Assembly (NCBI RefSeq): GCF_964194155.1
Contig: NC_135879.1
Location: 102,982,001-103,046,000, forward strand
DNA: 64,000 nucleotides
DNA from: Cetorhinus maximus
Taxonomy: Eukaryota
Direction of reading: 5' to 3'
This document shows, in pieces, positions 1 to 12,560 of this stretch. The position numbers and the translations under genes were made by a program. Position 1 is the stretch's first letter; each line of letters begins with the position of its first letter. The notes under the pieces were generated by a model. The model was not told the DNA's origin. It ran no database searches and saw only the letters and a program-made list of their open reading frames with translations.

Positions 1-806
1 CCACCAGTCCGTGACCTCTCCCTCATGTTGTGTGCCAGCTTTCCTGCATGGATAGAGATGGAGAGAGTGTAATCAGGATGCCTGTCAGGCCAGATAATAA
101 TATGCCTGGCATGTGTGGGTGGTGAGTAGTCTCATGGATGGGATGAGGACAATGAAGATGAGAGTGAGAGAGTGAATGGTGATGTCCCTTGCAGTGGTAC
201 TGAGTGATGGCCCTGTGGATGTGTGATGGGTTTGTGAGTGTGTGAGTCGAGAGTGATGAGAAGAGTGACTTACCCTGCTGGAACAAAGGAAATCATTCAT
301 CCTCTTGTACTGTTGCATGGCTGTCGTCTTTTGTAGGGTCTGGCCGCTGACCACTGCTACCACCACCTCCCAAGGCGGATTATTTCACAGAATCACAGAA
401 TCACAGAATCACACAGTGCAGCAGAGGCCCTTCAACCCATCGAGTCTGCACCGACATGTTGCTGCTGCTCATCCTATGGCCAGACCAGGAATAGAAGACA
501 TCATGGTGGCTCTCCACTGCATCCAAAAGGCACTTGAGGGACCTGTCATTGAACCAGGGGGCTGCAGTTTTCTTGCCTTTCGGGGCTATATCTTCCATGA
601 AGCAGTGCTGGGCTGGAAGCACTGAGAGGTGTGTGTGTGGCTGCATTTGGCGCCTGGCGTGAGGAAGCAGCGAGGTGATAGTGTGCTGGGCGAATAAGAG
701 CCTGCCAGCCATGGAAACGGCGTGTTTCCCGGGAGTGCATTATTAAGACGGCGGGTTTGGGACGACATGACGTGAGAATTAGTGCAAATCTGGGGCAATT
801 CCACCC
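1..806 (-). mobile_element. PIF/Harbinger element end with Myb/SANT gene exon 1 (decayed, cut by window edge)
   Basis: Terminus ...GGGGCAATTCCACCC at 806. Minus-strand peptide APKGKKTAAPWFNDRSLKCLLDAVE...KRMNDFLCSSR followed by a GTAAGT donor. Homologous to 46604-47250. Confidence 0.85.
383..455 (-). mobile_element. Very short CR1 3'-tail insertion inside Myb exon 1
   Basis: (CACAGAAT)3 is the reverse complement of the CR1 (ATTCTGTG)n tail. The segment is absent from the homologous copy near 46980. Confidence 0.75.
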
Positions 807-1125
807 ATTATGTTTTGTTATTTAATAGAACAAAACAAATTAATGTCCATTTTCTGCTGCGCTGGCAACCACTTCAATCAGAAGATCACAAACATGCTGC
901 CCACATTTTTCCATCCATCAGATTTGAGAAATAATGATTGTGCAGGAACAGAAGTCAGAGTAAAGTCCACAGTAGTAGATAAGCGGTCTCTCACATCAAC
1001 ATAGCTGGGTCATTAGATTTTCCTTGGGTCTTCTTGTTAATCCACTGGTGACTGATAAGTCTCGGGTCTTCTTACACCAGTCATTATGTAGTTTGATTAT
1101 AGTCCAATCTGCTGCTGGGCTTCTT

Positions 1126-1313
1126 GGGGGTAATTTTGGCTTACCGTGATAGTGTAAAACTGGTGATTGTTAATTGGGAGAGCATTTCATATCACTCCTA
1201 CTTTTTATTCCCAGTGACTTCAATGGAAATGAAAATCAGGAGCGATGTAAAATGGGTTGGCAGCTTGTTATCACTCCTCGTACATTATTTTGCACAAAGT
1301 CAAAATAGCCACC
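1126..1313. mobile_element. Palindromic MITE (about 185 bp)
   Basis: GGGGTAATTTTGGCTT...AAGTCAAAATAGCCACC ends. Inner arms CATTTCATATCACTCCTACTTTTTATTCCCAGTGA and TCAATGGAAATGAAAATCAGGAGCGATGTAAAATG are imperfect reverse complements. Confidence 0.7.
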
Positions 1314-1753
1314 AACGTGTGATTTTGTATTCTGCTCAATTTTGGCTCAATTTATGCAGGCACTATTTTCAAAGTGAGAGACACCAAGGCGCCAGCGGGA
1401 GGCTGATACATGAAAGAGAGAGAGGGAGAGTTAAAGATCAGCTGAGCAACAGTCAGTGCGTTCACAATTGAAGCAAGACCTTGGGGAAGAAACTTGACGT
1501 TCTGCCAATAAAATATTCTTGACAACAAGAAGGGCACTGCAAGCACAGTTGTGATCATGAGATGGTTGAAGTTTGCTGATGCACACGGAAGATGACAAAA
1601 TTAGCCTAAAGGTTATTACATAAAGTAATGTGCAGTAAATGGACAAGTCAAGAGACAGAAGAGAAACTTTGGTTTGCTAAGGAAAAATAATCTATAATGT
1701 CACAACCACATAAAGGAGCTTCCTTAAAATGGTCTGTAAACTAAGGATTTGCA

Positions 1754-2783
1754 TGTGCGTATGTAGCCCCCTTTTAATTTTTGTGTGATTCAGTTTAAAA
1801 ATAACCCAACAGGCAAGCTTTAGTCTTAAACAAGATAAAGGCTAGTTTATTATAAAAACTACTGCTGAAAGTTACTTAGCTAAAAGTGATAAAGTTATTA
1901 ACCAAAACACAGATACAAAGATTGAAAGCAGATAAAGATATAAAAAAACTTAAAGATGAGATTCGAAATCAGTCCCACTGAAATGTCATTGTGGACACGT
2001 TTCTTGAGTTCCTCCTTTCCAAGGTGAAGGGGGTTGAAGCTTGAGGTTTGGCTTAGCAGCTGCAATGGCTTTTGCAGTTGACAATTTGGAGGTTATCCTT
2101 TTCAGAGGGAATCAGCAGGATAGCAGCTTTTTGGGAGAGAGGCATTTCCAATTTCTCACCAATTCTGCAGTCACAACACCTGCAGATTGCCTGGACTCTT
2201 TCATTAGAACAGCAGTTGATTTCTTAATACCTTCCTTTTTGTCCTCCCTTGGCCAAGAACCCTCTCTAATGTTGTTTCTCAGAGTTCTTCCTGGGGTTCT
2301 GCACACAAAATGGCTGTTCTCAAACAGACTTTATACAGTTGCAAAACTTAAAATGACTGCTATCCTAAACTGTCAAATCATGTTTCCATATTAGGTATTG
2401 GGTTAGTCCCGGTCTGGGGGCATAGTCCCACCCATTGTCTTTTTAGCTAAGGTAATTAACCTTTCAAATATCTCAGCCATCAGCTTGAATGGTTCCCATT
2501 CTCCCAGGTTTGAGGAAATAGGAAAGAGCTAGTAACACCTCCAGGGAAGCCAGAATGAATTCCTGTGCACCCTTGTGGATGTGCAAATTGAATTTCAAAT
2601 GTCATCACATGTCTGGACATGTCTACCTGTAGCCCATTTGGAGCCTTCTGGAGCTTGACCACATTGCAGTTGAAAAGGGTCAGGTTATTTTTGACAGCCA
2701 CCTTTAAGGCACCTTGTATTAATTTAAAAGGGAGATTAGTTTTTTTTAACAAAAATCTATATCACAACTACTCATGCATGACA
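1754..2783 (-). mobile_element. Probable solo LTR
   Basis: Minus strand starts TGTCATG/TGTGATATAG, has AATAAA near 1850 and ends ...CACA. Non-coding. No clear TSD, so boundaries are approximate. Confidence 0.45.
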
Positions 2784-4190
2784 ATAAGTACAAGCATTTC
2801 CTTTTGTTCAGGTTGTATAAGCAGATTAATATTTGCCTATGCTGAATAGTTTTCTATCTACTGACAATTTCCCATTTATAAATTGCTTTGAACACTGAAG
2901 AAATAATATTTTGCTTATTGATTGATTCTTATGCTGAAGTAAAGAATAAATTAATTATATCTACTGACTGATTTTATTACTGCTCAAGCAAACAACACCG
3001 TTTTTTTTTGTTTTAATAGCAGATGCCATTGCACCTAGACTGTTACTCTCAGTCATTAGTGTAGCTCATGTCAGAAACCATGAGCTTGTTTTTCAACAAA
3101 CCTTTGCAACTCTGCTATTGCCCAAGACAGGAATGCTTGCTAATTTTTCGGTTCATGACAGAACAGTTTCCTTAGAATCCTTCTGTCTCACATTCAAATG
3201 ACATAGTCCAATCACCAATGCTGTGCTTTCTGAGCATCATTTCAATGTTGATTCAGTTGGTTCATGACAGCTCCTCCACTGTGTAGCCAGTTGAAGTGTC
3301 AACCACAGCTGACACATGTGAAATCTGTCATTTCCCTGCAGCATGTGCATGCCTTGTAGCCATAGTGGGTCAGTATAAATAATGCAAGTAATTCAGTTGC
3401 CCTTTGAAGGTGGAAACAAATTGCTGACTTCTCCAGTGTCTTTTGAACATGCTGCCAAGTAACTAAAATTTAGTTGAGAAGTAAGAACTGCATGATAGGA
3501 ACTTCCAGTGATATCCTGCAGAAGTAGGGGTCATTTCCAACTTCTGGCCACACATTCCTCACCTGATAAATGGGCGAGCAACAGTTGCGAATCAGGGAGG
3601 GGGTACCTCAGCCATCCAATGAATGTCCAAGGCACATGTGAGACAGTTTTCAGTTGTTCTCAGCTCTCTGAAGATATAGGGGCATGTTCATACCCTTTCT
3701 CTGGGATCGGCTCTAACATCACTATGCAGGCTTGACCTGCTGGCTATAGCAGAGCAGCCAGCTGATTTCCCATCTTCCCACAGTCAGTAAAACACACCGA
3801 AGCACCTGTTTGGTGCCTGCAGCTCACTGACTACATTCAAATGTGGTTTGAACTGAAAATTGCTTTTGCCTCTGGATGTCTGCTTCAGGCTGGTAGCAAC
3901 TCCATCGACTTTGTGCCTGTTTTGAAGATTATCCCTTGATTTACCTTGCATAGCTATAATACGCAGGAACGGAATTTGCCGCTGAAATAATTCAGCGCTA
4001 TCTCATTTGTAGCTGCAACTTCAGCGCATGATCTGAGAAGTTTTTCTTTTCCCCTCAGTATTCTGGTTCAAAATCATCTTTGTTTAGCCCTTTGTTGTTT
4101 CCTTGAATTTATGAACCTTATTTTTTCTATACCCTGAAAATTCCTTCAGTGCAATGATTTTGTACACGTGCTTAAGGGGTAATTTTCTTA

Positions 4191-4882
4191 GGCCTGAATT
4201 TTCAACTCAGCGGGCTGGCACGATCAGTGGGTCCAGGAGGGATCGGGAAACGGGCTGCTGACCATGATCAGCCCCCGACCCCCATAGCACGCTGACTGGC
4301 CAATTAATGACCAGCCAGCGTGAAACACGCGCTGAAAAGCTCAGCACTGCCGGGGTGGGAGCAGGAGGAGGGTGGGTGGTGACATCAACGCGGACACTGG
4401 CAGTCCCTGACAGAAAGCTGCCTGAAGGCAGAGAGCTGCCTCAGGGAGCTGAAGACCTGAAACCCAGGAAACAAAGCTTTTAAAATCAGGAAAAAACGTC
4501 CAAGCCTCACAATCAGCCTGAACAAAAAGATTATGAAAATGCTGCCCACAGATTTCTATTTTTATTTTATTTAATAACAGAAACCTCATCCCGCCCTTGG
4601 ATGAGGCTTGTTGAAAAAGGTAAAGGCCGCCTGGCCGATTAGCCCGTCCACCAACCGTAAGGGTTGGACGCGCTACATAAAATGACAGACAATTGCGCCG
4701 TTAACGGGCTTAATTGCCCTCTTAATTGTCAGCGGGTGCACTTCCGACTTTTGTGGGTGCCTGGCGACCGAAATATCGTGTGCGAGGGATGACGTCGGGT
4801 GACTCGCTCGACATCATCTCATGCAATTTCACGCCCAACCGGGTCAGACGTGCACCCACCCGATCAGCGTAAAATTCAGCCC
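4191..4882 (+). mobile_element. Harbinger-type MITE, about 690-bp family
   Basis: TIRs GGCCTGAATTTT / AAAATTCAGCCC and perfect TTA TSD (4188-4190, 4883-4885). Homologous to 53780-54491. Confidence 0.92.
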
Positions 4883-4975
4883 TTAGTTTGCACTACTAGT
4901 GCCAACTTGCCTACCAGCTACCCATATTATTAAACTGCAGGCACACTGGTCACAATTTTCTAGCTACTAAACTTA

Positions 4976-5128
4976 GGGTGGAATCGTCCCAGATTCACAC
5001 AAAGTGAGGTAGCGGGCAGGAAAAAAAGTCGTTTTACCCGCTGACCGCAATGGTAGGTTTTTGCGCCCTATCGTCCCATTCCCGCCTCATTAATTGTGCA
5101 GCCACAGGAAGCACGCTGTCTCGCTGTC
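4976..5128 (+). mobile_element. Harbinger left-end fragment
   Basis: GGGTGGAATCGTCCCAGATTCACAC matches the termini at 41229, 46604, 806 (rc) and 59483 (rc). Confidence 0.75.
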
Positions 5129-5129
5129 T

Positions 5130-6965
5130 TACTGTATTCTAGTAACGTGTAAAGAGACAGGTTTAATTATTGACCCCTTGGTAGAGGTGCCCCCAGGTAG
5201 CAGTAATCGTGATTGAATTTCACAGTCAGTTCGAGGGAGAGAAGAGTCGGTTTAAGGCTAGTGTTTAGAATTTAAATAAGGGCAATTCTGAGGGTATGAA
5301 GACAGAGTCGGTTAAAGTGAACTGGGAAATAGTGGCACATTAAAAGGTTGGATGAAATATTTAAAAAAAACAAAGAATGGCTAAAAAAGCTAGGAGGGAG
5401 AAATTAGGTTAGGAGAGAAAGCTAGCTAGAAATGTGAAAACAGATAATGAGTCCCTACAGGTATTTAAAACAAAAGAAAAGATAAATAAAGTGAACATTG
5501 TTACAGTGTAAGTCTGGGGAAAATAAGGAAATGACGGATGAAGTGAACAGATATGCTGCATCTGTCTTCACTATAGGGGATTCAAATAACATCCCAGGAA
5601 TAAGTGTGCATCAAGAGGTGAAAGGGAGAGAGGAACTTAAAACAATTACAATCAGCAGGAAAAGTGTACTGAGGAAATTATTAGATCTAAAAGCTCTGAA
5701 GTCCCCAGGACCTGATGGACTTCATCCTAGGACCTTAAAAGAAGTGGCTGCTGAGATAGTAGATGCATTGGTTTCAATTTTCCAAAAGTTCCTTGGGCAG
5801 GATTTTGCCTTTGGCAGGGGTGCTCAGCGGGGGCGAGCAGGGGTGGTCGGGAAGCCAACGGCTGCCCGCGATCAGATGCGCACCGCGATTTCACACTGGC
5901 GGGCCAATTAAGGCCCACCCAGCATGGAAAGCGAGCAGCAGTGCTCAGCATTGCCTGTACAGGCGGGAGGAGGAGGGCGAGCCGGCCAAGCGCGATCTTC
6001 ACACATGCGCACAAAAGAGCGCTTCAATTTCCCTGAGGCACGGAGCTGCCTCAGGGAGATGAAGCGGTGTTTTAAAAAAAAGGGAAATAAAATTGTCATG
6101 AAACATGGCCCCTCATGTGACTCTGTCACATGATTTGGGACATGTTTTTAATTCAAAAACAAAATTCTTACTTGATGTTTATTTGCTTTAGGAAAACCTC
6201 ATCCCGCTTGTGGATGAGGTTTCCTAAAAAATGTAAAGGCTGCTTGGCCTTTTCACCTGCCCACCAACCGTTAGGTTGGATGAACAGTGTAAATTTGAAT
6301 TTAATTAGCTTCTCAATTAGTGGCCTTAATAGGCCTTTTAATTGTTGGCAGGCGTGCAGCCGACTCTGGCGCACGCCCGCTGAACGCAATATCGCGAGAC
6401 TGCGTGATGACGTCAGAATGCTCGCCCGACGTCATTGCGCGTCATTTTGCGCTTGGGCTTGTCGGGCGTGCACCCGCACGCCAGCATAATATTCTGCCCC
6501 TGGATTCTGGAAAATAGCAAATGTAACTCCTCTATTCTAGATTGGAGGGAGACAGAAATCAGGAAACTACAGGCCAGTTGGCTTAACATATGTCATAGAG
6601 AAATTGCTGGAATCTATTATTAAGGAGGTTATAGTGAGGCACTTAGAAAATCTCAATGCAATCAGGCAGAGTCAACATGGTTTTGTGGAAAAGAGAAATC
6701 ATGTTTGATTAATTTATTCAAGCTCTTTGATGAGGTAACAGGCAATGTGGGTAAAAGGGAATCTGTGGATGTGGAGTACATAGATTTCGCAAAGGCATTT
6801 GACAAGGTGCCACATCAAAGGTTAGTACACAAAATGGTGTAGCGAGTAACATATTAGCATAGATAGAGGATTGGTTAATTAACAGAAAACAGAGAGCAGG
6901 GATAAATGGATCATTTTTGGGTTGGAAAGATGTAACAAGAGGAATGCCACAGTGATCAGTGCTGG
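5130..6965 (+). mobile_element. CR1 LINE ORF2 fragment (decayed), split by a MITE
   Basis: KSPGPDGLHPRTLKEVAAEIVDALVSIFQ...DSGKIANVTPLF...NYRPV...QSQHGFV...DFRKAFDKVPH. The reading resumes across the MITE. Confidence 0.9.
5795..6499 (+). mobile_element. Harbinger-type MITE inserted in CR1
   Basis: TIRs GGGCAGGATTTT / AATATTCTGCCC, imperfect TSD, same internal hairpins as the other copies. Confidence 0.9.
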
Positions 6966-7585
6966 GAGCTTGGTGGTGGTGTTCCCATGCCACTGCTGCC
7001 CTTGTCCTTCTAGGTGGTAGAGATCGGCAGTTTGGAAAGTGCTGTTGAAGGAGCTTTGGTGTGTTGCTGCTATGCATCTTGAAGAAGATACACACTGCTG
7101 CAAGTGTGCATTGGTATTGGAGGGAGAAAATGTTTAAGTTGCTGGATGGGGTGCCAGTAAAGCGGACTGCTTTGTCCTGGATGGTGTCGGGCTCCTTGAG
7201 TGTTGCTGAAGATACACTCATCCAGGCAAGTGGCGAGTATTCCATCACACTCCTCACCTGTGCCTCATGGATGGTGGACAGACTTTGGAGAGTCAGGAAG
7301 TGAGTTCCTCGACACAGAATTCCCAGCCCCTGACCTACTTTTGTAGCCACAATATTTATACGGCTGGTCCAGTTCAGTTTCTGGTTAATGGTAATCCCCA
7401 GGGTATTGATAGTGGGAGAATCAGTGATGGTAATGCCATTGAATGTCAAGGGTAGATAGTTAGATTATTTCTTGTTGGAGATGATCATTGCCTGGCACTC
7501 GTATGGTGTAAACGCTACTTGCCATTTATCAACCCAAGCCTGAATGTTATCCATGTCCTGCTGCATATGGGTGCGGACTGCTTCA
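6966..7585 (-). mobile_element. Non-LTR LINE (second CR1-group family), 3' RT region
   Basis: LGITINQKLNWTSRIN...AQVRSVMEYSPLAW. Homologous to 14900-15460. Confidence 0.88.
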
Positions 7586-7619
7586 GCATCTACATTCATT
7601 TTTACTCCCCAACACTAAT

Positions 7620-8050
7620 GGCCCCCTTTCCACAGTGCTGTACTCAGTTTTGCCATCCTCCCTGCAGTCTTTGCTCTCATCCACAGAGTCTGCAAGAACG
7701 TCAAACCTGTTGGACAATTGCAGCAGCTGATACTGCTTCTATGCTAGCTTCTGCAGCCCCAGACCTGTCTGACATGTAATCACACCCTCCTGCCCATGTT
7801 CATGAACCTAATCTTGTATACTTAATCTAAGAGCTGCCCCTTAGCCTGTGGCTGCCTCCAGGAACAAAGTTTCCAGGTAACTTTCTCCCTCCCTGGTGCA
7901 TGACAGTGTCCAAAGCTCAGACTCCAACTCATCAAATCTGAGCCAAAGTTCCTCAAGCTGCAGGCACTTACTGCAGATGTGGTTGCTGTGGATCACAGTG
8001 ATGTGACCAGCTTCCTCATGTCACAGCTGCAACACATCACCTACACTACC
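7620..8050 (-). mobile_element. CR1 ORF1 N-terminal remnant (zinc finger/leucine zipper)
   Basis: Minus strand with a frameshift reads VMCCSCDM...NHICSKCLQLEELWLRFDELESELWTL. Confidence 0.65.
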
Positions 8051-8410
8051 ATTTCTATTGTACTTTGTTTAACTAATTAGGGGTTCAAGTTTTGAAATGT
8101 TGCTCAATTAATTATTTGTAGTTATATTAAGTTATTTAATTAGTTAAGCTATAAATTTAATATATCCCAGGTTCTAATTTAGTCACGAACCAATCATCTA
8201 CCTGCTCACTTAATTAATTCTTTGAGCCCTCAGCTCTCAGGTCTCGCTGTCTCTTTCTCTCTCTCCTTCTCTTGCACCATTCCTCATTTTGTAAAAGACC
8301 AGAACAGCACCTCTTCCCTCACTCTGCTGAATTCCCTCATTCACCAAATTGCTGAGTTCAGTAATTTGTTGTAGCTGTACTCCATTGAGCTGGCACCATG
8401 TTATACATTT

Positions 8411-9460
8411 AGGCTGGAATTTTCTTGCCCCATTCGCATTGGGCATCATGGCGGTGGGGTGGACACAATATGTCGAGACAGACAAAAAATGCTTTCATGC
8501 CGGTGTGAAACCAGTTGGCAATCGTCCGCTCCGCCCATCAATGGTGGGCCATGTTTCCCACTGTTACACAGCGGGAGCCTAATTTCAACACTTTAACATG
8601 TCATTATAAGCCCTGCTGAATGAAATCATCCCCCCCACACTGGATGACCCAGGCACATTGACGTGATTGCACACCAATGTGTTTCATAACTGTACATGAG
8701 TAACGTGCACCTGCCGAGTTGCACCTTGCTTAGAACTTTGAGGTTTGTTTACCGACCTTGCTTTAGGCAGCACTTGTGGTCTTCAGCGCCAGGCTTCACA
8801 GGCAGCACCACATCACTTTTAGAGAGGCTCACGGGCAGGTCTCTAACTAAGCCAACCGTAAGGCGGAGGTGGCTTTTCAACAGCTGCTGGGCGAGGGCTT
8901 GCTTGGGGAAGAGAGAAAAGTGGTCTCAGGCAAGGGAAGAGGCTGCAGGGCGAGGGCTGTACTGGGCAAGGAGGGTATCCCAGGGTGTGTGTGGGGGTGC
9001 ATGTTGACCTGTGCAAGTGGGCTGAAGGTGGTGAGGGCTGAGGAGTCAGTCTCCAGAGTAGATGAGGCCAGATGGAGATGTTGAGGGTATGTGTGTGAGA
9101 GAGTGAGTGGGGATGTCCCTTGAGCTGGCAGTGAGTGAGATGCCAGTAAATGTGTGATGGGCTTGTGAGTGTGTGAGTTTAGAGTGATAAGATGGTTGCC
9201 TTACCCTGGTGGCACGGATGAGATCATTCATCCGTTTTCTGAACTGGATGGCCGACCTCTTGTGTGCAGAATTGATACTGATCACATCTGTCACCACCTC
9301 CCTGGCCGGAGTGGCGAAACTGATGGACCTCCTGCGGCCAGGGCGAGTGTAGAGGACATCACGACAGGCCTCCACTGCATCCAGAAGATGTCCCAGGGAT
9401 GCGTCACTGAATTGGGGGGCTGCACTCTTCTTGGCTTTTGGGGCCATGTCTTCACCTGAG
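8411..9460 (-). mobile_element. Internally deleted Harbinger element with Myb/SANT exon 1
   Basis: TIR AGGCTGGAATTTT at 8411. MAPKAKKSAAPQFSDASLGHLLDAVE...QFRKRMNDLIRATR then a GTAAGG donor. The other end is lost at the CR1 junction. Confidence 0.85.
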
Positions 9461-11643
9461 CAGTCAGACATGACCTCCCCTTGATGAAACCACGCTGACT
9501 TTGCCCTATTTTACCATGCACTTCCAAGTATTCTGAAATCTCATCCTTAATAATGGACTCTAAAATCTTACCAACGACCGAGGTCAGGCTAATCGGCCTG
9601 TAATTTCCCGTCTTTTGCCTCACTCCCTTCTTAAACAGGGGGGCTACATTAGCGATTTTCCAGTCCTCTGGGACCCTCCCTGACTCCAGTGATTCCTGAA
9701 AGATCACCACTAATGCCTCCACTATCTCTTCAGCTATCTGCTTCAGAACTCTGGGGTGTAATCCATTTGGTCCAAGTGATTTATTCACCTTCAGACCTTT
9801 CAGTTTTCCTAGCACGTTCTCCTTGGTAATGGCCAACATACTCACCTCTGCCCCCCGACTCTCTTGAACTTTGGGGATGTTATTCGTATCTTCCACCGTG
9901 AAAACTGACGCAAAGTACCTATTCAGTTCCTCCTCCATTTCTTTGTTCCCAACTACTACTTCTCCAGCATCATTTTCCAGCTATGTTTCAATGTCCACTC
10001 TTGCCTCTCTCTTACCCTTTATGTATCTAAAAAAACTCTTGCAATCTTCTTTTATATTACTGGCTAGTTTACCCTCATATTTAATCTTCTCCCTCCTTAT
10101 TTCTTTTTTAGTTGTCCTCTGTTGGTCTTTGTAGGCTTCCCAATCCCCTGGTTTCCCACTGCTCTTTGCCGCATTGTATGCTTTCTCTTTAGCTTTTATG
10201 CTGTTCCTGACTTCCCTTATCATCCATGGTTACCTCGTCCTCCCTTTAGTGTGCTTCTTCTTCCTGGGGATGAATTTTTGCTGTGTCTCCCAAATTACTG
10301 CCAGAAACTCCTGCCATTGATGTTCCACTGTCTTTCCTGCTAGGCTCATCTCCCAGTCAATTCTGGCCAGCTCCTCCCTCATGCCTCTGTAGTTGCCTTT
10401 ATTCAACTGTAATATCGTTACATCTGATTCCAGCTTTTTCCTCTCAAATTGCAGGGTAAATTCTATCATATTACGGTCAAATCTTATCAAAGCTGGCTCA
10501 TTACACATCACTAACTCTAGAATTGCCTGTTCCCTAGTGGGCTCCACCACAAGCTGCTCCAAAAAGCCATCTCGTAGACATTCCACAAATTCCTTATCTT
10601 GGGATCCACTACCAACCTGATTTTCCCTGTCTATCTGCATATTGAAATCCCCCATGATCACTGTAACCTTACCTTTCTTACATGCCTTTTCTATCTCCTG
10701 GTCTATCTTGTGCCCAAAATCCTGACTACTGTTCGGAGGCCTGTACATAACTCCCACTATGGTTTTTTTACCTTTGCGGTTCCTCAACTCTACCCACACA
10801 GATTCTACATCATCTGACCCTACATCATTTCTTGCTATCTATTTAATTTCATTTCTTACTAACAAAGCAACCCCACCCCCTCTGCCAACCTGCCTATCTT
10901 TTCGATTGGATGTATATCCTTGGATATTTAGCTCCCAGTCCTGATCCCCTTGCAGCCATGTCTCCGTGATGCCCACCACATCATACCTGCCAATTTCAAT
11001 CTGCGCCACAAGCTCATTTACCTTATTTCGTATACTGCGTGCATTCAGATACAACACCTTCAGTCCTGTATTTTCCGTGCCCTTTCTCATTGTCATTCCT
11101 TTATCTGATGTGCATGAAGTTAGATTCCTAGCCCTTTCCAAAAACTCTGTCCTATTTTGTGTTCTGGAGACTTTAATAGCCACTCCTGGGCTCTCCTTTC
11201 TTTCCAGTTTTTTCATAATTTTCCATGAAGTTGAATTCACGCCCCCCACATGCTAACCTGTTGCTTTGTTTCCCATTAGTCATACTTCTTGGAGTTTTAC
11301 CCTTCCCTCCATCACCACTTTCTAGTTTTAAGTCCTGTTGACCACCCTATTTACCCTTTTTGCTAGAACATTGGTCTCAAATCGGTTCAGGTGGAGACCG
11401 TTCCAACGGTACAGACCCCCCGGTTCAAATACTGATGCCAGTGCCCCACGAAATGGAACCCCTCTTTTCCGCACCACTCCTTTAGCCATGTGTTTACTTC
11501 CCTTATTCTTGTGTCCCTATGCCAATTTGCATGTGGCTCGGGTAGTAATCCGGAGATTATAACCCTTGAGGACCTGCTCTTTAATTTAGTTCCTAGTTCT
11601 TGATAATCCCCAAATAGGTCCTCTTTCCTAGTCTTACCTATGT
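9461..11643 (-). mobile_element. CR1 LINE: ORF1 esterase end, ORF2 APE endonuclease and start of RT
   Basis: VIISGLLP...VNTWLKEWC (SGNH esterase). LYLNARSI, GITETWL, YRPPNS, MGDFN (APE). NYRPISLTSVVGKILE (RT). Several stops and frameshifts. Confidence 0.95.
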
Positions 11644-12083
11644 AACATGAAACATCATCCACCGGCAGGATGAGGTTTCATGTAGGGTATTAAACAGTTT
11701 AATAAAGATTTAGTATAATTTATGAACATGTCCCTTTGCATGTGACATTGTCACATTTGGGGGACAAGTTAAGGATTTTTTTTCTATATTTAATGTTTTC
11801 ATAAGTGTCAGTGATCTCCCTGAGGCAGCACTTAGCCTCAGGGAGATGTGTGCTCTTTTGTGCGCATGCGCGAAAGAGCGCACTCTCGCTTTTGGGGAAT
11901 CCCCACCCCCATGCCTGCACAGGGAGCGCTTAGCGCTTCCCGACGGATGTCACGCTGGGCGGGCCTTAATTGGCCCACCCACGTAAAATTGATGGCAGGG
12001 CCCGCTTCTCCGGCAGGGATCGGCTCCCTGCCCGCTGGAGATTGGATCGGGCCCACACGCCCGGCAGGCAGAAAATTCCGCCC
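11644..12083 (-). mobile_element. Truncated Harbinger-type MITE
   Basis: Ends AAAATTCCGCCC at 12083. Reverse-complement homologue of 5795-6230. Confidence 0.85.
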
Positions 12084-12374
12084 TAGGTTTCTGATGCCCA
12101 TAGGAAAACTCAGTCTATTTTCTAAACGTCTACCTGTAAAGGGTTAACTTCAGAAGCTTCTGATGCTGATGTAACTATGATGTAATGTCATATGACTAAG
12201 TAACAGAGATCTGAAGGGAGGAGATGTTCAACCTCACGCAGAGTTACTAAGATGTACATAGGGCTGTGAATAAATGATAATGGTTTTAAAAAACTACAGC
12301 CCTGAGTAGCTCACTTAGGGAAAATAGACAAACCCTGAAGAACCCCATCTAGATCCCAAACACATGACAAAACA

Positions 12375-12560
12375 TACACCGTCAAGCCCCTTGAGAATCT
12401 TAAACGTTTCGATGTGATCGCCTCTCATTCTTCTTGAGTCCAGAGAATATGGGCCCATTCTGGTCAATCTCTTCTCAGAGGACACCCAACACAGGGCAGG
12501 AATAAATCTGGTGAACCTTGCACTCCCTCTAATGCAAGCATATCCTTCCTTTGATAAGGA
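12375..12560 (-). mobile_element. CR1 ORF2 C-terminal fragment
   Basis: RFTRFIPAL...YSLDSRRMRGDHIETFKILKGLD. Confidence 0.8.

Noticed and set aside
386-412. CRISPR-like or satellite array
   Set aside because: Three octamers without spacers, forming a CR1 tail. No CRISPR or prokaryotic features occur anywhere in the window.
3001-3200. Host exon after a T-rich acceptor
   Set aside because: No convincing donor before in-frame stops and no recognisable peptide.
5498-5911. Novel ORF
   Set aside because: CR1 ORF2 fragment reading into an inserted MITE.
9291-9938. RT-Myb fusion protein
   Set aside because: A deletion junction between CR1 and Harbinger. The Myb part is out of frame in this ORF.
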